Under the pieces are notes generated by a model. That model made no database searches. It was not told the origin of the DNA and saw only the letters and a program-made list of their open reading frames with translations. Both the position numbers and the translations under genes were made by a program. This document shows, one piece after another, positions 48,376-58,800 of a stretch of DNA of 64,000 nt (position 1 is its first letter; the number at the start of each line of letters is the position of its first letter). This DNA is from an uncultured Erysipelotrichaceae bacterium. Its GTDB lineage: Bacteria; Bacillota_I; Bacilli_A; RFN20; CAG-288. Location of the stretch: the NCBI GenBank assembly GCA_902772915.1, contig CACYCE010000022.1, positions 21,760 to 85,759 of the forward strand, read 5' to 3'.

Positions 48376-49083
48376 TTATTCTTCAGAAGTTGAATTTAAT
48401 TCGTTCTCTTTTTCTTCGAAGGCCTTATCTAAATCGAAGGAGGGTTCTTCATCGATTTCAGGAGTGACATCTTCCCCTTCGCCAGGAACATATTGAATAG
48501 TGATATGTCTATCTTTACCTCCACCGATAGAAGCGGTCTTAATATTAGGATAAGTAGATAAGACGTTATGAATAATTCTTCTTTCATCAGAAGTCATAGG
48601 TTGAAGTTCAACACTCATCTTAGTTCTGATAACAGTCTTAGCAATTCTCTTAGCTAAACCTTCTAACTTAGCGTATTTTTGATTTTTATAACCATTTACG
48701 TTAAGTAAAATGTGGTAATGTTCATTGAATTTAGTGAAGACAGCTGCTCTAACTAATTCATTTAAAGCGCGTAGGGTTTCACCATTTCTTCCTATAATTC
48801 TTGAAGCATCATAATCAGAATCCATATCGACTTTGTTGATGCCATCTTTCTCATAAATTTCAATGTCAGCTTTTAAACCTAAAGTTTCTAAAACCCCATC
48901 GAGGTAATTGTAGATGTAAGATTGAACGTCTCTTATTTCCAAAACGCCGATCTTAACAGATTTTTTAAATAGACCTTTTTGCTCTGATAGAACTTGATAT
49001 TTAAGTTCTTCTTTGCTGACATTCAACTCTGAACAAGCCTTCTCAACAGCTTCTTCTACAGTCTTTGCTTCAAATTCTTTCAT
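48376..49083 (-). CDS. jag: Jag/KhpB RNA-binding protein (Jag_N, KH, R3H domains)
   Basis: 235 aa. R3H-like region DERRIIHNVLSTYPNIKTASIGGGKDRHITIQ. Confidence 0.85.
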   Translation of the reverse strand: MKEFEAKTVEEAVEKACSELNVSKEELKYQVLSEQKGLFKKSVKIGVLEIRDVQSYIYNYLDGVLETLGLKADIEIYEKDGINKVDMDSDYDASRIIGRNGETLRALNELVRAAVFTKFNEHYHILLNVNGYKNQKYAKLEGLAKRIAKTVIRTKMSVELQPMTSDERRIIHNVLSTYPNIKTASIGGGKDRHITIQYVPGEGEDVTPEIDEEPSFDLDKAFEEKENELNSTSEE

Positions 49084-49103
49084 TGTATATATCTTCCTTT
49101 CGA

Positions 49104-50627
49104 TTAACGCAATTTCATATGCTTCTGTCTAGCCGGAGATTGACTCTTATAAGTGCCTCTCTTATTAAATCCACTACCGGAATTCGAACTATTCTTGTCT
49201 GAATATTTCTTGTTGCCTTTTTTCTTAGCCAAGATAATTTCAGTAATGACAGTCTGGAAGATGGAAATAATAGCACCAAAGAACCAGTAGATAACCATAG
49301 CAGCAGGTAACTGGAGACCCATGAAGATGATGACGACCATCATCATAACAGGCATCCACTTCATCATCATTTGAGTGGAATTATTTTCTTCAGTCTTAAC
49401 TAAACCTGCTCCAATATTTTTCTTCTTGTGCCAATTCTGCATCCACATAGGTAACAATGAGGAGAAGAATTGAGATATACCCATCATGACGTAGAGGATA
49501 ATAGCGAAGGGCGCTTCAGCAGTTCCGGAAGTCATAGCAGTTTGAGTAACAGTCGCTAATGATAAACCAAAGATTGAACCTCTAGTTAAGATAGCTGAGC
49601 CTTGCAAGGCGCCCCAAACAGCAATGAATAAGGGGAATTGAACTATTAATACTAGGAATTGTCTAAACGGATGGACATTATTCTTACGATATAACGCCAT
49701 AGTTTCCTGAGCTAATTTTTGTTGCTCAATTTTATTACTTTGAGAATTAGGGTACTTGCTTTGCAACATAGCAATTTGAGGTTGCAATTCAGTCATCTTT
49801 CTTTGAGATGACATACTTCTAGCTGAAACTAAGACAATTAATAATCTAACGATTAAAGTAACTAAGAAAATAGCTAAGATTTGACCACCGGCGTTAACAC
49901 CAACCGCACCAAAGTTATTAGCGAAAGTGTAGACTAACCAACCGATAGGATATACTAACAAACCTTCTATAAATCCAAATTCAGAGAAAGCTTGTCCCCA
50001 GCTCTTTCCAGAAATGTAAATATCTTCACTGGCACCGAAGTATCCAGAATCAGGTGATAAACAAGTAACAGGTCTACCACCATTGATAGCAGTAGAGATG
50101 CTTCTCTTATAATAATTTAAAAATGTAACAGTAGGAGCGACAGGTCTTAATGTAGGATCGTTTCTTGCTTCTTCAGTCCACTTATCGAAGTTAGCCCATA
50201 AAGTTTGATTCTTGTTGCTATCAAAACCAGAATATCTGATTATAGCTTTTAAAGTAGTTTCATTAACGTGGCTAGCTCTAATCGCTTCTAAATTAGCAGG
50301 TTTAGCTTGTTCCGCGCTCTTTAATTCCAAGTAAGACTTAACATAACTAACAGGAGCATATTTAGCATTGTCAGGATCGGAAGTATCAGCGGTAAAAGCT
50401 TCTTCGACTTTAGTATCGATATAAGTCCAATAAGCATCCCCCGGAGTGAAGATATTCGCTTTAGTAGCGCTATTAATAATGTCAGTTTGTTTAGTAGCGG
50501 TTAATGTTGAACTATACATTGCTGCAGTATCGCTTACTGTACAAAATGATTTGGTACAACCTGTCATAATCGCAACGCAGAAGAACGCTGCAATTCCGAC
50601 AAGTATTCTCTTAATTCTTTTCTTCAT
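49104..50627 (-). CDS. yidC: YidC/Oxa1-family membrane insertase, lipoprotein form with an enlarged N-terminal domain
   Basis: 507 aa. Lipobox IMTGC. An extracytoplasmic region of about 220 aa precedes the conserved 5-TM core, and the C-terminal tail is basic. Confidence 0.85.
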   Translation of the reverse strand: MKKRIKRILVGIAAFFCVAIMTGCTKSFCTVSDTAAMYSSTLTATKQTDIINSATKANIFTPGDAYWTYIDTKVEEAFTADTSDPDNAKYAPVSYVKSYLELKSAEQAKPANLEAIRASHVNETTLKAIIRYSGFDSNKNQTLWANFDKWTEEARNDPTLRPVAPTVTFLNYYKRSISTAINGGRPVTCLSPDSGYFGASEDIYISGKSWGQAFSEFGFIEGLLVYPIGWLVYTFANNFGAVGVNAGGQILAIFLVTLIVRLLIVLVSARSMSSQRKMTELQPQIAMLQSKYPNSQSNKIEQQKLAQETMALYRKNNVHPFRQFLVLIVQFPLFIAVWGALQGSAILTRGSIFGLSLATVTQTAMTSGTAEAPFAIILYVMMGISQFFSSLLPMWMQNWHKKKNIGAGLVKTEENNSTQMMMKWMPVMMMVVIIFMGLQLPAAMVIYWFFGAIISIFQTVITEIILAKKKGNKKYSDKNSSNSGSGFNKRGTYKSQSPARQKHMKLR

Positions 50628-50973
50628 TGTGTTTTCTACTATCTCCTTTATTAATAAGAAAATCTAGATTTTCTTTTAAAGCATCTTTATTTTCAAGGTA
50701 GGTATGATTTAAATATCCGCCTTTTACCACTATGACAATATCATAATTTTTTTTATAAATATTGTAAACGGAAAAGAAGGAACGAATTTGTCTTCTAACT
50801 CTAGCACGAACGACAGCGTTCCCTAACTTTTTTGAAGTGGATATTCCGATTCTCATATGATCAAGATCGTTTTCCTTCACATGAATGGCGTAACTATCAG
50901 TTTGAGCATAGAGAGATTTGTGAATTGTCTTTTTAAAATCTTCGGATTTACGTAATCGATTAATTACCTTCAT
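50611..50973 (-). CDS. rnpA: Ribonuclease P protein component
   Basis: 120 aa. RLRKSEDFKKT start and RNR-like motif VVRARVRRQIR. Confidence 0.8.
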   Translation of the reverse strand: MKVINRLRKSEDFKKTIHKSLYAQTDSYAIHVKENDLDHMRIGISTSKKLGNAVVRARVRRQIRSFFSVYNIYKKNYDIVIVVKGGYLNHTYLENKDALKENLDFLINKGDSRKHNEEKN

Positions 50974-50987
50974 TTATTTTTAAAAAT

Positions 50988-51013
50988 GCCGTCGGTAAGA
51001 TTCCCGACGGCGC
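50988..51013 (-). terminator. Hairpin between rpmH and rnpA
   Basis: GCCGTCGG-taagattc-CCGACGGC, with a T-run on the minus strand that overlaps the rnpA 5' region. Confidence 0.4.
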
Positions 51014-51032
51014 AATAGTTATCTGTCTTTAA

Positions 51033-51167
51033 TTATTCGGCGAGTTTAGCTCTACCTTTACGTCTACGTCTAGCGATAACCTTACGTCCGTTGACAGTAG
51101 ACATTCTAGCGCGGAAGCCACAGACAGATTGTCTCTTGCGCTTACTAGGTTGATAAGTTCTTTTCAT
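51033..51167 (-). CDS. rpmH: 50S ribosomal protein L34
   Basis: Translated by hand: [44 protein letters not shown] (44 aa). RBS GAGGAG. Absent from the ORF track because it is short. Confidence 0.9.
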   Translation of the reverse strand: MKRTYQPSKRKRQSVCGFRARMSTVNGRKVIARRRRKGRAKLAE

Positions 51168-51215
51168 GAGTTTATATTCTCCTCTAAGTGAAACATTAAA
51201 TTTTCACGCGTGATA

Positions 51216-51245
51216 ATTATATATAAACTTAGTTAACTATGTCAA
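51216..51245 (-). promoter_or_regulatory. Near-consensus sigma-A promoter for rpmH
   Basis: On the minus strand: TTGACA, 18 nt, TATAAT. The TSS is about 40 nt upstream of the rpmH ATG. Confidence 0.5.
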
Positions 51246-51587
51246 ACATAAATATTAATAATATTTAATATATTTTTTTATTTTTTTCTTTGATGGATTA
51301 AATTAATCGTGACCTTTCTTCCTTGAAATAAAGCGACGCTTACAAGCATGTACAAATAATCAATTGATTAAAACACAATTATTTGTATTTTTATAGCCGA
51401 AATCTTAAACAAATTTTATTCTCGTTTTCTTGTAAAATTCAGATTACAGATAAATTAAACAACAACTATTTATACTATTTAAACAATGTTATTTCTATAT
51501 AAAACAACTTAATTAAATAAATAGAGTTGTTTTATTGATTTGCTATAATATAATTGATAACTAAAATCGACTTACTTCTTATCAAAC

Positions 51588-51622
51588 AAAAAGTCTTTGA
51601 TGTATCTCATCAAAGACTTTAT
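51588..51622. terminator. Bidirectional terminator (13-bp stem) at the 3' end of the glycosyltransferase gene
   Basis: AAAGTCTTTGATG-tatct-CATCAAAGACTTT with T-rich flanks on both strands. Confidence 0.5.
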
Positions 51623-52719
51623 TTCTTATTTACATTTCTCTTCAAGACTTCGAAATAAAGATTTTTAAGTTCTTCTCCGTAAGATTTAGAAGTATATTGT
51701 GAAGCAAATTCTTCTGCTTGATCAACATAATTAACTTTACTTATGTTGGATATAGTAGTAAATATTCCCTTTACAGAATCAGTTATAATTGCAGTCTTAC
51801 CATCAATTAGCAAATTTTCTAATAAGAAATTAGAAGTTGAAATAATAGGTACTCTAGCTTTCATTGCCTCTAAAATAATAGAGACATCGCAGTGATATTT
51901 ATAAGGAATAAATAAGGCTTCTGTAGATAATAAACAAGAATGATACAATTGCTCAGGAAGAGGTCCTTCATAGAACAAATTTGCTATCTTATTTTTTCTT
52001 GCTCTAGGTAATAAGCTAGGCTTATTTCCAAAGAAGAAGAATGTGTATTCGGGCATAATTCTAGCAATAGTCTCTAGAATATCTAAATTTTCACTATGTT
52101 CATAAGAACCATAAGAGATAATTATCTTTCTATCAGGAGACAAACAAAAGTATTTTCTAAATGCTCCTAATTCTTCTGGCGAATAATTTTCGCGAGGATA
52201 ATTTCTCGCTCCTAATTTAATAGTCTTTTGAGGGCAAGAGAAGATATCTAAAGCTTTAGAGACTCTCTCTTGTTTTTCGTCCTGAAAAACTACTTGATCA
52301 GTATCAATCTTATTGTATTTTTTAACAATCTTTTTAAGAATAGGTCTCAAGCCTTTTTCTTTATTGTTTTTTAGTTTACCTTCTTCAGTCTCATCTGAAA
52401 CTTGTAACATTTCCGTAAACGCAGAGAAAACTAAAGGAATACCTCTTTTAATGTCGTTTTCCCTGTATTTCTTATAAGCTTTGTATTGGTTATAAGAAAT
52501 AAGGTGAACAATATCGTAGTCTTGATTAGTTGAGAAAACGTAATTAACATTAACTTCATCTAGGGCATGGCGAAGCAAAGCTCCTTGCCTATCTAACATA
52601 ATCTTGGCAGGTTCTTTATCGCCATTCAAACAAAGAAGAACAGTTAAATTATTCGTCTTGCTCATTATCATCTTCACTTCCTTGTAAATATTGTTGAACA
52701 GAAGCGTTAGATTTTTCAA
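51619..52719 (-). CDS. Glycosyltransferase (GT4-like Glycos_transf_1 C-terminal domain); true start probably internal (MIMSK... or later)
   Basis: The C-terminal domain has the [12 protein letters not shown]-type GT1/GT4 motif. Its 5' end overlaps the gyrA 3' end in the ORF track. Confidence 0.6.
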   Translation of the reverse strand: MKNLTLLFNNIYKEVKMIMSKTNNLTVLLCLNGDKEPAKIMLDRQGALLRHALDEVNVNYVFSTNQDYDIVHLISYNQYKAYKKYRENDIKRGIPLVFSAFTEMLQVSDETEEGKLKNNKEKGLRPILKKIVKKYNKIDTDQVVFQDEKQERVSKALDIFSCPQKTIKLGARNYPRENYSPEELGAFRKYFCLSPDRKIIISYGSYEHSENLDILETIARIMPEYTFFFFGNKPSLLPRARKNKIANLFYEGPLPEQLYHSCLLSTEALFIPYKYHCDVSIILEAMKARVPIISTSNFLLENLLIDGKTAIITDSVKGIFTTISNISKVNYVDQAEEFASQYTSKSYGEELKNLYFEVLKRNVNKK

Positions 52720-55318
52720 CCTCTAAACCATCATCTTGAGCTTGATATTCTTCTTCAGCAGGTTCAATACAAACAGAAGAGATATTTTCGCCTTCTCTTA
52801 AAGTGATGATTTTAACACCGATAGTTGCTCTAGAAGCGGTGTGAATATCACTGACTCTAGTCTTTAAGACAGTGCCAGCATCAGTAATAATAACGATGTT
52901 TTGATCTTCGTTGACAGCTTTGAAAGTAACTAATCCACCGGATTTTTCACCTTCTTTTAAGCCTAAGACACCTTTAGAACCTCTAAAAGTAACTCTAAAA
53001 TCAGTAACAGCACTTCTCTTACCATAACCCTTTTCAGATATAGTTAAGATTTCTTTTCCTTCGTTACCAGTACAGGCTCCAACTAAATATGATCCAGCTA
53101 ATTCCATACCTTTAACACCAGCGGCGGTTCTACCCATAGGTCTAACATCGCTTTCTTTAAAGGAACAAATCTTACCTGCGGCAGAACCTAAAGATACATA
53201 AGCGTTACCATCAGTAATCTTAACATCTAATAATTCATCACCTTCTTTTAAAGAAATAGCAATCTTACCATTGGAATTAATATTGCTGAATTCGCTAGTC
53301 ATAGTCTTTTTGACTACAGCTTCTTTAGTGATAAAGAAGAAATAATGATTTTCATCGTAATTATCAGTAGAAATGATAGAAAGAATCTTTTCATCATTTT
53401 CTAAACGGATAAAGTTGACTGCAGGAATACCTTTGCTAGTTCTATTACCTTCAGGAATTTGATAGCCTCTAGTTCTATAAACTTTACCTTTATTAGTAAA
53501 GAATAAGACATCAGTCTTCGTACGAGAATGAATCATAATCTTAACGACATCATCCTCTTTAGTAGACATACCTTTTACACCGATTCCTCCGCGGTTTTGA
53601 GTACGGAATTCGTGAGGATCTACTCTCTTGATATATCCAGTTTCAGTCATCATGATTAAGATTTCTTCATCTTCAATTAAATCTTCATCATCGGTAGAAG
53701 AAATGGCGTTAGTAATCTCAGTTCTTCTTTCATCAGCGTACTTTCTCTTGGTTTCTTCTAATTCTCCAATTAAAACTTCTTTTAAAACTGAGAAATCGGA
53801 TAAGATCGCATTGTATTTTTCGATATCTTTCAATAAGGAAGCGGTCTCTTCTAAAATCTTGTTTTCTTCTAGATTAGTCAATCTCTTCAATTGCATATCT
53901 AAGATTGCTTTGTTTTGAACCTCATCAAAACCGAATCTTTCAGTTAATCTCTCAGATGCGGTTTCGGTAGTATCAGAATTTCTGATGATTTTTACGACTT
54001 CATCGATATTATCATGAACTTTCTTTAAAGCTTCTAAGATATGAACTCTATCTTTAGCTTTCTTCAAATCGAATTGAGTTCTTCTAGTAATAATTTCTTC
54101 TTGGAACTTAATAAAGATTTCCAAGGCTTGTTTCATATTTAAAATTTTAGGCTGACCATTATCGATAGCCATCATATTTACAGGGAAATTCGATTGTAAA
54201 GAAGTGTATTTAAATAAATGATTTAAAACAATTTCTGCACTTACACCCTTCTTTAAATCAATTTGGAACTTAGTTCCGTTAGCGTGTGAGGAGAAATCGT
54301 TAACTGCAGTTATACCTTCGATAACTTTATCATCGCATAAATCCATGATTCTCTTGGCTAATTCTTTCTTATTAACCATGTAAGGAATCTCGTAGAAAGT
54401 GATAATTTGCTTGCCGTTCTTTTCTTCTTCGATGGTATATTTACCTCTTACAACTACTGAGCCGATACCAGTTTCAAAATATTTTCTAATACCGGATCTT
54501 CCCATGACCATACCTCCACCAGGGAAATCGGGTCCTTTGATGTAGTCCATCAATTCAGAAGGTTCTAAATTAGGATTGTTAATCAAAGCTATTACACCAT
54601 CGATGGTTTCTCCTAAATTGTGAGAAGGGATATTAGTAGCCATACCTACAGCAATACCAGTTCCGCCATTGACAATCAAATTAGGAATCTTAGAAGGAAC
54701 GACTGCAGGTTCTTTACCATCTCCATCGTAAGTATCGACAAAATCTACTGTGTTTTTATTGATATCTTTAACTAATTCTAAAGCAATTTTCGACATTCTC
54801 GCTTCAGTGTATCTGGCCGCAGCAGGTTCATCACCATCTTGAGAACCGTAGTTACCATGGCCTTCGACAATAGGATATCTAGTAGCGAAATCTTGAGCTA
54901 AGTGAGCCATAGCTCCGTAGATTGCCGAATCACCGTGAGGGTGATATTTACCCATGACGTCACCAACGATACGCGCAGACTTCTTAAAAGGTTTATCAGG
55001 TGTATTACCTGTTGTAATCATTGAATAGACAATTCTTCTTTGAACAGGCTTAAAACCATCTCTAGCGTCAGGAAGAGCTCTAGCGACGATAACAGACATA
55101 GCGTAATCTAAGAAAGAATCTTTGACTATGGGAGCCATTTCTAAATCTTCCATTCCGCCAACGATACCTTCTTGAACGTTTTCTATACCTTCGCCAACAT
55201 CGTTTTTAATTTCTTCTTCAGTAGCTTCTCGAATGCCGTTCTTTTCGTTTTCAATCTCTTCATCAGTCTTTTGACCTTCGACTAGAGAATCATTTTTTTC
55301 TTCATCTTCAAATAACAT
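52649..55318 (-). CDS. gyrA: DNA gyrase subunit A with an acidic N-terminal extension of about 55 aa and an acidic C-terminal tail
   Basis: 889 aa. Conserved [25 protein letters not shown] with the active-site Tyr region. Strong GGAGGA RBS before the extended start. Confidence 0.95.
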   Translation of the reverse strand: MLFEDEEKNDSLVEGQKTDEEIENEKNGIREATEEEIKNDVGEGIENVQEGIVGGMEDLEMAPIVKDSFLDYAMSVIVARALPDARDGFKPVQRRIVYSMITTGNTPDKPFKKSARIVGDVMGKYHPHGDSAIYGAMAHLAQDFATRYPIVEGHGNYGSQDGDEPAAARYTEARMSKIALELVKDINKNTVDFVDTYDGDGKEPAVVPSKIPNLIVNGGTGIAVGMATNIPSHNLGETIDGVIALINNPNLEPSELMDYIKGPDFPGGGMVMGRSGIRKYFETGIGSVVVRGKYTIEEEKNGKQIITFYEIPYMVNKKELAKRIMDLCDDKVIEGITAVNDFSSHANGTKFQIDLKKGVSAEIVLNHLFKYTSLQSNFPVNMMAIDNGQPKILNMKQALEIFIKFQEEIITRRTQFDLKKAKDRVHILEALKKVHDNIDEVVKIIRNSDTTETASERLTERFGFDEVQNKAILDMQLKRLTNLEENKILEETASLLKDIEKYNAILSDFSVLKEVLIGELEETKRKYADERRTEITNAISSTDDEDLIEDEEILIMMTETGYIKRVDPHEFRTQNRGGIGVKGMSTKEDDVVKIMIHSRTKTDVLFFTNKGKVYRTRGYQIPEGNRTSKGIPAVNFIRLENDEKILSIISTDNYDENHYFFFITKEAVVKKTMTSEFSNINSNGKIAISLKEGDELLDVKITDGNAYVSLGSAAGKICSFKESDVRPMGRTAAGVKGMELAGSYLVGACTGNEGKEILTISEKGYGKRSAVTDFRVTFRGSKGVLGLKEGEKSGGLVTFKAVNEDQNIVIITDAGTVLKTRVSDIHTASRATIGVKIITLREGENISSVCIEPAEEEYQAQDDGLEVEKSNASVQQYLQGSEDDNEQDE

Positions 55319-55333
55319 TTGAATTATCCTCCA

Positions 55334-57409
55334 TTAATTAATATCGAGATTCTTAACGAATTTCGCATTAGCTGTAATAAAGTCTTTTCTAGGAGTAACC
55401 AAAGTACCCATCAAATCATTTAAAGCACTTTCGGCCGCTTCAGCGTCTTCTAAGCGAACTCTCCACATCTTTCTCTTGTTCTTATCCATAGTAGTTTCAG
55501 AAAGTTGAGAGGCATCCATTTCACCTAAACCTTTATAACGTTGTAAAGCAAATCTGGCGTTGTTAGGTAAATGAGATTTAAGAATAGGTAATTCCTCTTC
55601 TTTAAAACAGTAATAATCATGAGATTGATAAGTGAGTTTATAAAGAGGAGGTTGAGCAATATAAACATAACCTTGTTCTATTAAAGGTTTCATAAATTGA
55701 TAGAAGAATGTCAAAAGTAAAATACGGATGTGTGAACCATCGACATCAGCATCAGTCATGATGATGACTTTGTGATATCTAATTTTAGAAATATCAAATT
55801 GTTCTCCGCTTCCCGCACCGATAGCTTGAATCATATTTTCAATTTCGGCATTCTTTTCGATTCTTTGATTAGTAGCCTTCAAGACATTTAAAATCTTTCC
55901 TCTTAAAGGCAAGATCGCTTGAGTGTAAGCATCTCTGCCATTTTTAGCAGAACCACCTGCGGAATTACCTTCAACGATGAATAATTCTCTCTCGACAGGA
56001 TCTTTAGAAATACAATCTGCTAATTTATCAGGCATAGCTCCGCCAAAGCCTTTTTTACCTAAGACTGCAGCTCTTGCTTTTTCAGCGGCTTTTCTCCCTT
56101 TGTAAGCAATTTGTGCACGTTCAAAGAAAAGTCTTCCTTCTTTAGGATGTTCTAGCAACCATTCTTTCAATTGGTCACCGATAATTGAAGAAGCGTCTTT
56201 TCTAACTTCAACATTACCTAATTTATCTTTAACCTGTCCTTCGTATTGGGGATCAGGATGTTTAACAGAAATTACAACAGTTAACCCTTGAATTAAATCT
56301 TCATATAAGAAGTTATCGTCATTTTCTTTCAACCAAGATTTATCTCTGAAGAATTTATTCATTTCACGACCGTAAGCTAATCTGAAGCCTTCTTCGTGGG
56401 TTCCTCCACCCATAGTTCTGATATTGTTACAGAAAGATCTAATAGTAAAATTAGAACCTTTAGTAGGTTGGAAAGCACATTCAACAAAGACACTATCTTC
56501 AGATTCACCATCAAAATAAACAGGTTCATTTAAAATGGTTATCTTACCTTCGTTTAAGAATTTAGCGTATTCTTTAATACCACCTTCAAAATAATAAGTT
56601 TCATCGACGATGTTATCGTTATCTCTAACATCTCTAATAGTCATTGATAATCCCTTATTCAAATAAGCGGATTGTCTTAAATATTCTCTGACTTCAGAAA
56701 GTTGGAAAACACAAGTTTCTTTAAAAATTAAAGGATCAGGTGTGAAATTAACTGTAGTACCAGTCTTACTTATTTCACACTCTCCTAAATCAACTAAGCC
56801 AGGAGCGACAGTATTACCACCATTTACAAACTCAATTTGTTTAACTCTACCATCTTTGTAGATAGTAACTTTAACGTGAGTTGATAAGGCGTTAACAACT
56901 GTAGAACCAACACCGTGAAGACCACCAGAAACCTTATAAGCGTTATTATCAAATTTACCACCAGCGTGAAGAGTAGTATAAACAGTTTCAACACCGGATA
57001 AACCAGTTTCAGGAACAATATCTGTAGGAATACCTCTACCATCATCAGAAACAGTACAAGAACCATCTTTTTCAAGAGTGACAATAATATGCTTACAGAA
57101 TCCCGCTAAAGCTTCATCGACAGCATTATCGACTATTTCTCTAATAAGGTGATGAAGGCCACGAGGACCAGTTGTACCAATGTACATACCAGGTCTTTCT
57201 CTAACCGCTTCTAACCCTTTTAAAATAGTGATATCGTTAGCGTTATAATCACTCTTAGATAAAAGTGCTTTTTGTTCCTCTTCAGCAGAGAGAGTTTTAA
57301 ATTTTACTTCTTCTGAGGAAAAGTCTTCTTTAACATCATCAGGGATTTCAAATCCACCTTCTTGGGCTAAAGAATTAACTTCCTCTTCTTTTTTCTTTTC
57401 TTCAGGCAT
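55334..57409 (-). CDS. gyrB: DNA gyrase subunit B with an acidic N-terminal extension of about 45 aa
   Basis: 691 aa. GLEAVRERPGMYIG, GLHHLIREIVDNAVDE and a Toprim EGDSAGG-like region. GGAGG RBS before the extended start. Confidence 0.95.
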   Translation of the reverse strand: MPEEKKKEEEVNSLAQEGGFEIPDDVKEDFSSEEVKFKTLSAEEEQKALLSKSDYNANDITILKGLEAVRERPGMYIGTTGPRGLHHLIREIVDNAVDEALAGFCKHIIVTLEKDGSCTVSDDGRGIPTDIVPETGLSGVETVYTTLHAGGKFDNNAYKVSGGLHGVGSTVVNALSTHVKVTIYKDGRVKQIEFVNGGNTVAPGLVDLGECEISKTGTTVNFTPDPLIFKETCVFQLSEVREYLRQSAYLNKGLSMTIRDVRDNDNIVDETYYFEGGIKEYAKFLNEGKITILNEPVYFDGESEDSVFVECAFQPTKGSNFTIRSFCNNIRTMGGGTHEEGFRLAYGREMNKFFRDKSWLKENDDNFLYEDLIQGLTVVISVKHPDPQYEGQVKDKLGNVEVRKDASSIIGDQLKEWLLEHPKEGRLFFERAQIAYKGRKAAEKARAAVLGKKGFGGAMPDKLADCISKDPVERELFIVEGNSAGGSAKNGRDAYTQAILPLRGKILNVLKATNQRIEKNAEIENMIQAIGAGSGEQFDISKIRYHKVIIMTDADVDGSHIRILLLTFFYQFMKPLIEQGYVYIAQPPLYKLTYQSHDYYCFKEEELPILKSHLPNNARFALQRYKGLGEMDASQLSETTMDKNKRKMWRVRLEDAEAAESALNDLMGTLVTPRKDFITANAKFVKNLDIN

Positions 57410-57412
57410 GAA

Positions 57413-58498
57413 TTATTTTCCTCCTATTAATTGTTCATTTTCTATGTGATACAAGTTAACTTCTTTTTCATCTACCTTGTTAGCGGTAGTAATGAAGACT
57501 TGTTGATTTTCTTTTTTAAGGTAATTGATGAGATCTTTCTGCCTAGAATTATCTAAGTCTGAGAAGACATCATCTAGAAGTAAGATAGGTTTGTCTTTAA
57601 AGTGTTCTTCTAAAATCTTACTTATTGCTAGATTAAGAGCCAAAGTAACCAATCTATTTTGACCTTGAGAAGCATAAGCGTAGACTTCTTTGTTTCCTAA
57701 GTAAGCTTTTAAATCATCTCTTTGAATTCCTACTAAGGTTGTCTTTTTTATTCTTTCTTCCGATTTAATTCTTTCAATCTTTTCTCGATATTTAAGAATA
57801 AATTGCTCTTGGTCACTTTCTTCAGGAACATTAGTTACATATTTGAGAGTTAATTTTTCTCCTTTAAATAATTGTTGATATATACCATCTACTAAAGTAT
57901 TTAATTTACCTATCAATCCTTTTCTTAAAAAGTAAACTCTGTAAGAAATATTTACTAACTCTTCCGTAATGATAGAAATAACATCTTCATCGTAATTATT
58001 TAATAAAGCGTTATTTCTTTCTTTAAGTAATTTCTTCTGTCTAGTTAATGCATAGAGATATTTATCTGACATCAGCGATAAATAAGAATCTATAAATCTT
58101 CTTCTTTCACCAGGCTCATCTCTAAATAATGAAACCATTAGAGGTGAATAAACTACGCAGACTAACTTACCTAAGATTTTAGCGATGCTAGAAACTTTCT
58201 CTTCATCGAAATAAATAATTTTACCTTCTTTAAGAATTCTTCCTTCTAAAGAATGTTTAATTGAAGATTTATCAATGTAGTTAACTAAGAGTTGACCTTC
58301 GTTTTCTCCAATTTTAATTATTTCTTTATCGTTAGCTTTTTTAAATGAACGACCTAGAGAGAGGTAATAAAGAGCTTCAATTAAGTTAGTTTTACCAACA
58401 GCATTATCACCGTAGATAATATTTATTCCCTGAGCAAATTCACTTTTTAAAGAAGAGAAATTTCTAAAATTTACTAGCGAGATATTACAGACGAACAT
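57413..58498 (-). CDS. recF: DNA replication and repair protein RecF
   Basis: 361 aa. LVNFRNF, Walker A GDNAVGKTN and an SMC-like signature. Confidence 0.9.
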   Translation of the reverse strand: MFVCNISLVNFRNFSSLKSEFAQGINIIYGDNAVGKTNLIEALYYLSLGRSFKKANDKEIIKIGENEGQLLVNYIDKSSIKHSLEGRILKEGKIIYFDEEKVSSIAKILGKLVCVVYSPLMVSLFRDEPGERRRFIDSYLSLMSDKYLYALTRQKKLLKERNNALLNNYDEDVISIITEELVNISYRVYFLRKGLIGKLNTLVDGIYQQLFKGEKLTLKYVTNVPEESDQEQFILKYREKIERIKSEERIKKTTLVGIQRDDLKAYLGNKEVYAYASQGQNRLVTLALNLAISKILEEHFKDKPILLLDDVFSDLDNSRQKDLINYLKKENQQVFITTANKVDEKEVNLYHIENEQLIGGK

Positions 58499-58701
58499 AC
58501 TATCAATGTTTTTCCATCAACTTCAACTTTATCGTTATTGCGTAATTTTCGTCCGCGGCGATTTTCCCCCTCTCCATTTACTTTGATATTGTGGGAGGCA
58601 ATATATTGTTTTTCTTCACCGCCACTAGAGATGATTTGAGTGAGTTTTAACAATTGTCCAAGAGTAATATATTCGGTCTTAATTTGAACTTTAACTTCCA
58701 T
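58474..58701 (-). CDS. yaaA: S4-domain RNA-binding protein YaaA
   Basis: 75 aa. Conserved position between dnaN and recF, S4-like fold sequence. Confidence 0.7.
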   Translation of the reverse strand: MEVKVQIKTEYITLGQLLKLTQIISSGGEEKQYIASHNIKVNGEGENRRGRKLRNNDKVEVDGKTLIVCSSVISR

Positions 58702-58774
58702 GGGAAAACCTCCACATATATACTTAAATATTATAATATAATATTTATATATATACTAGTTTTTCCATTAAAAA

Positions 58775-58800
58775 AAAACCAGCCGAAGCTGGTTTTAATT
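58775..58800 (-). terminator. Terminator downstream of dnaN
   Basis: AAAACCAGC-ttcg-GCTGGTTTT with a T-run on the minus strand. Confidence 0.5.

Noticed and set aside
51168-51618. Relic DnaA-box cluster in the large AT-rich rpmH-upstream spacer, which is the canonical oriC position in many bacteria
   Set aside because: No TTATCCACA/TGTGGATAA 9-mers or close variants are visible there. The perfect boxes are all near dnaA (60.10 and 61.59-61.69 kb).
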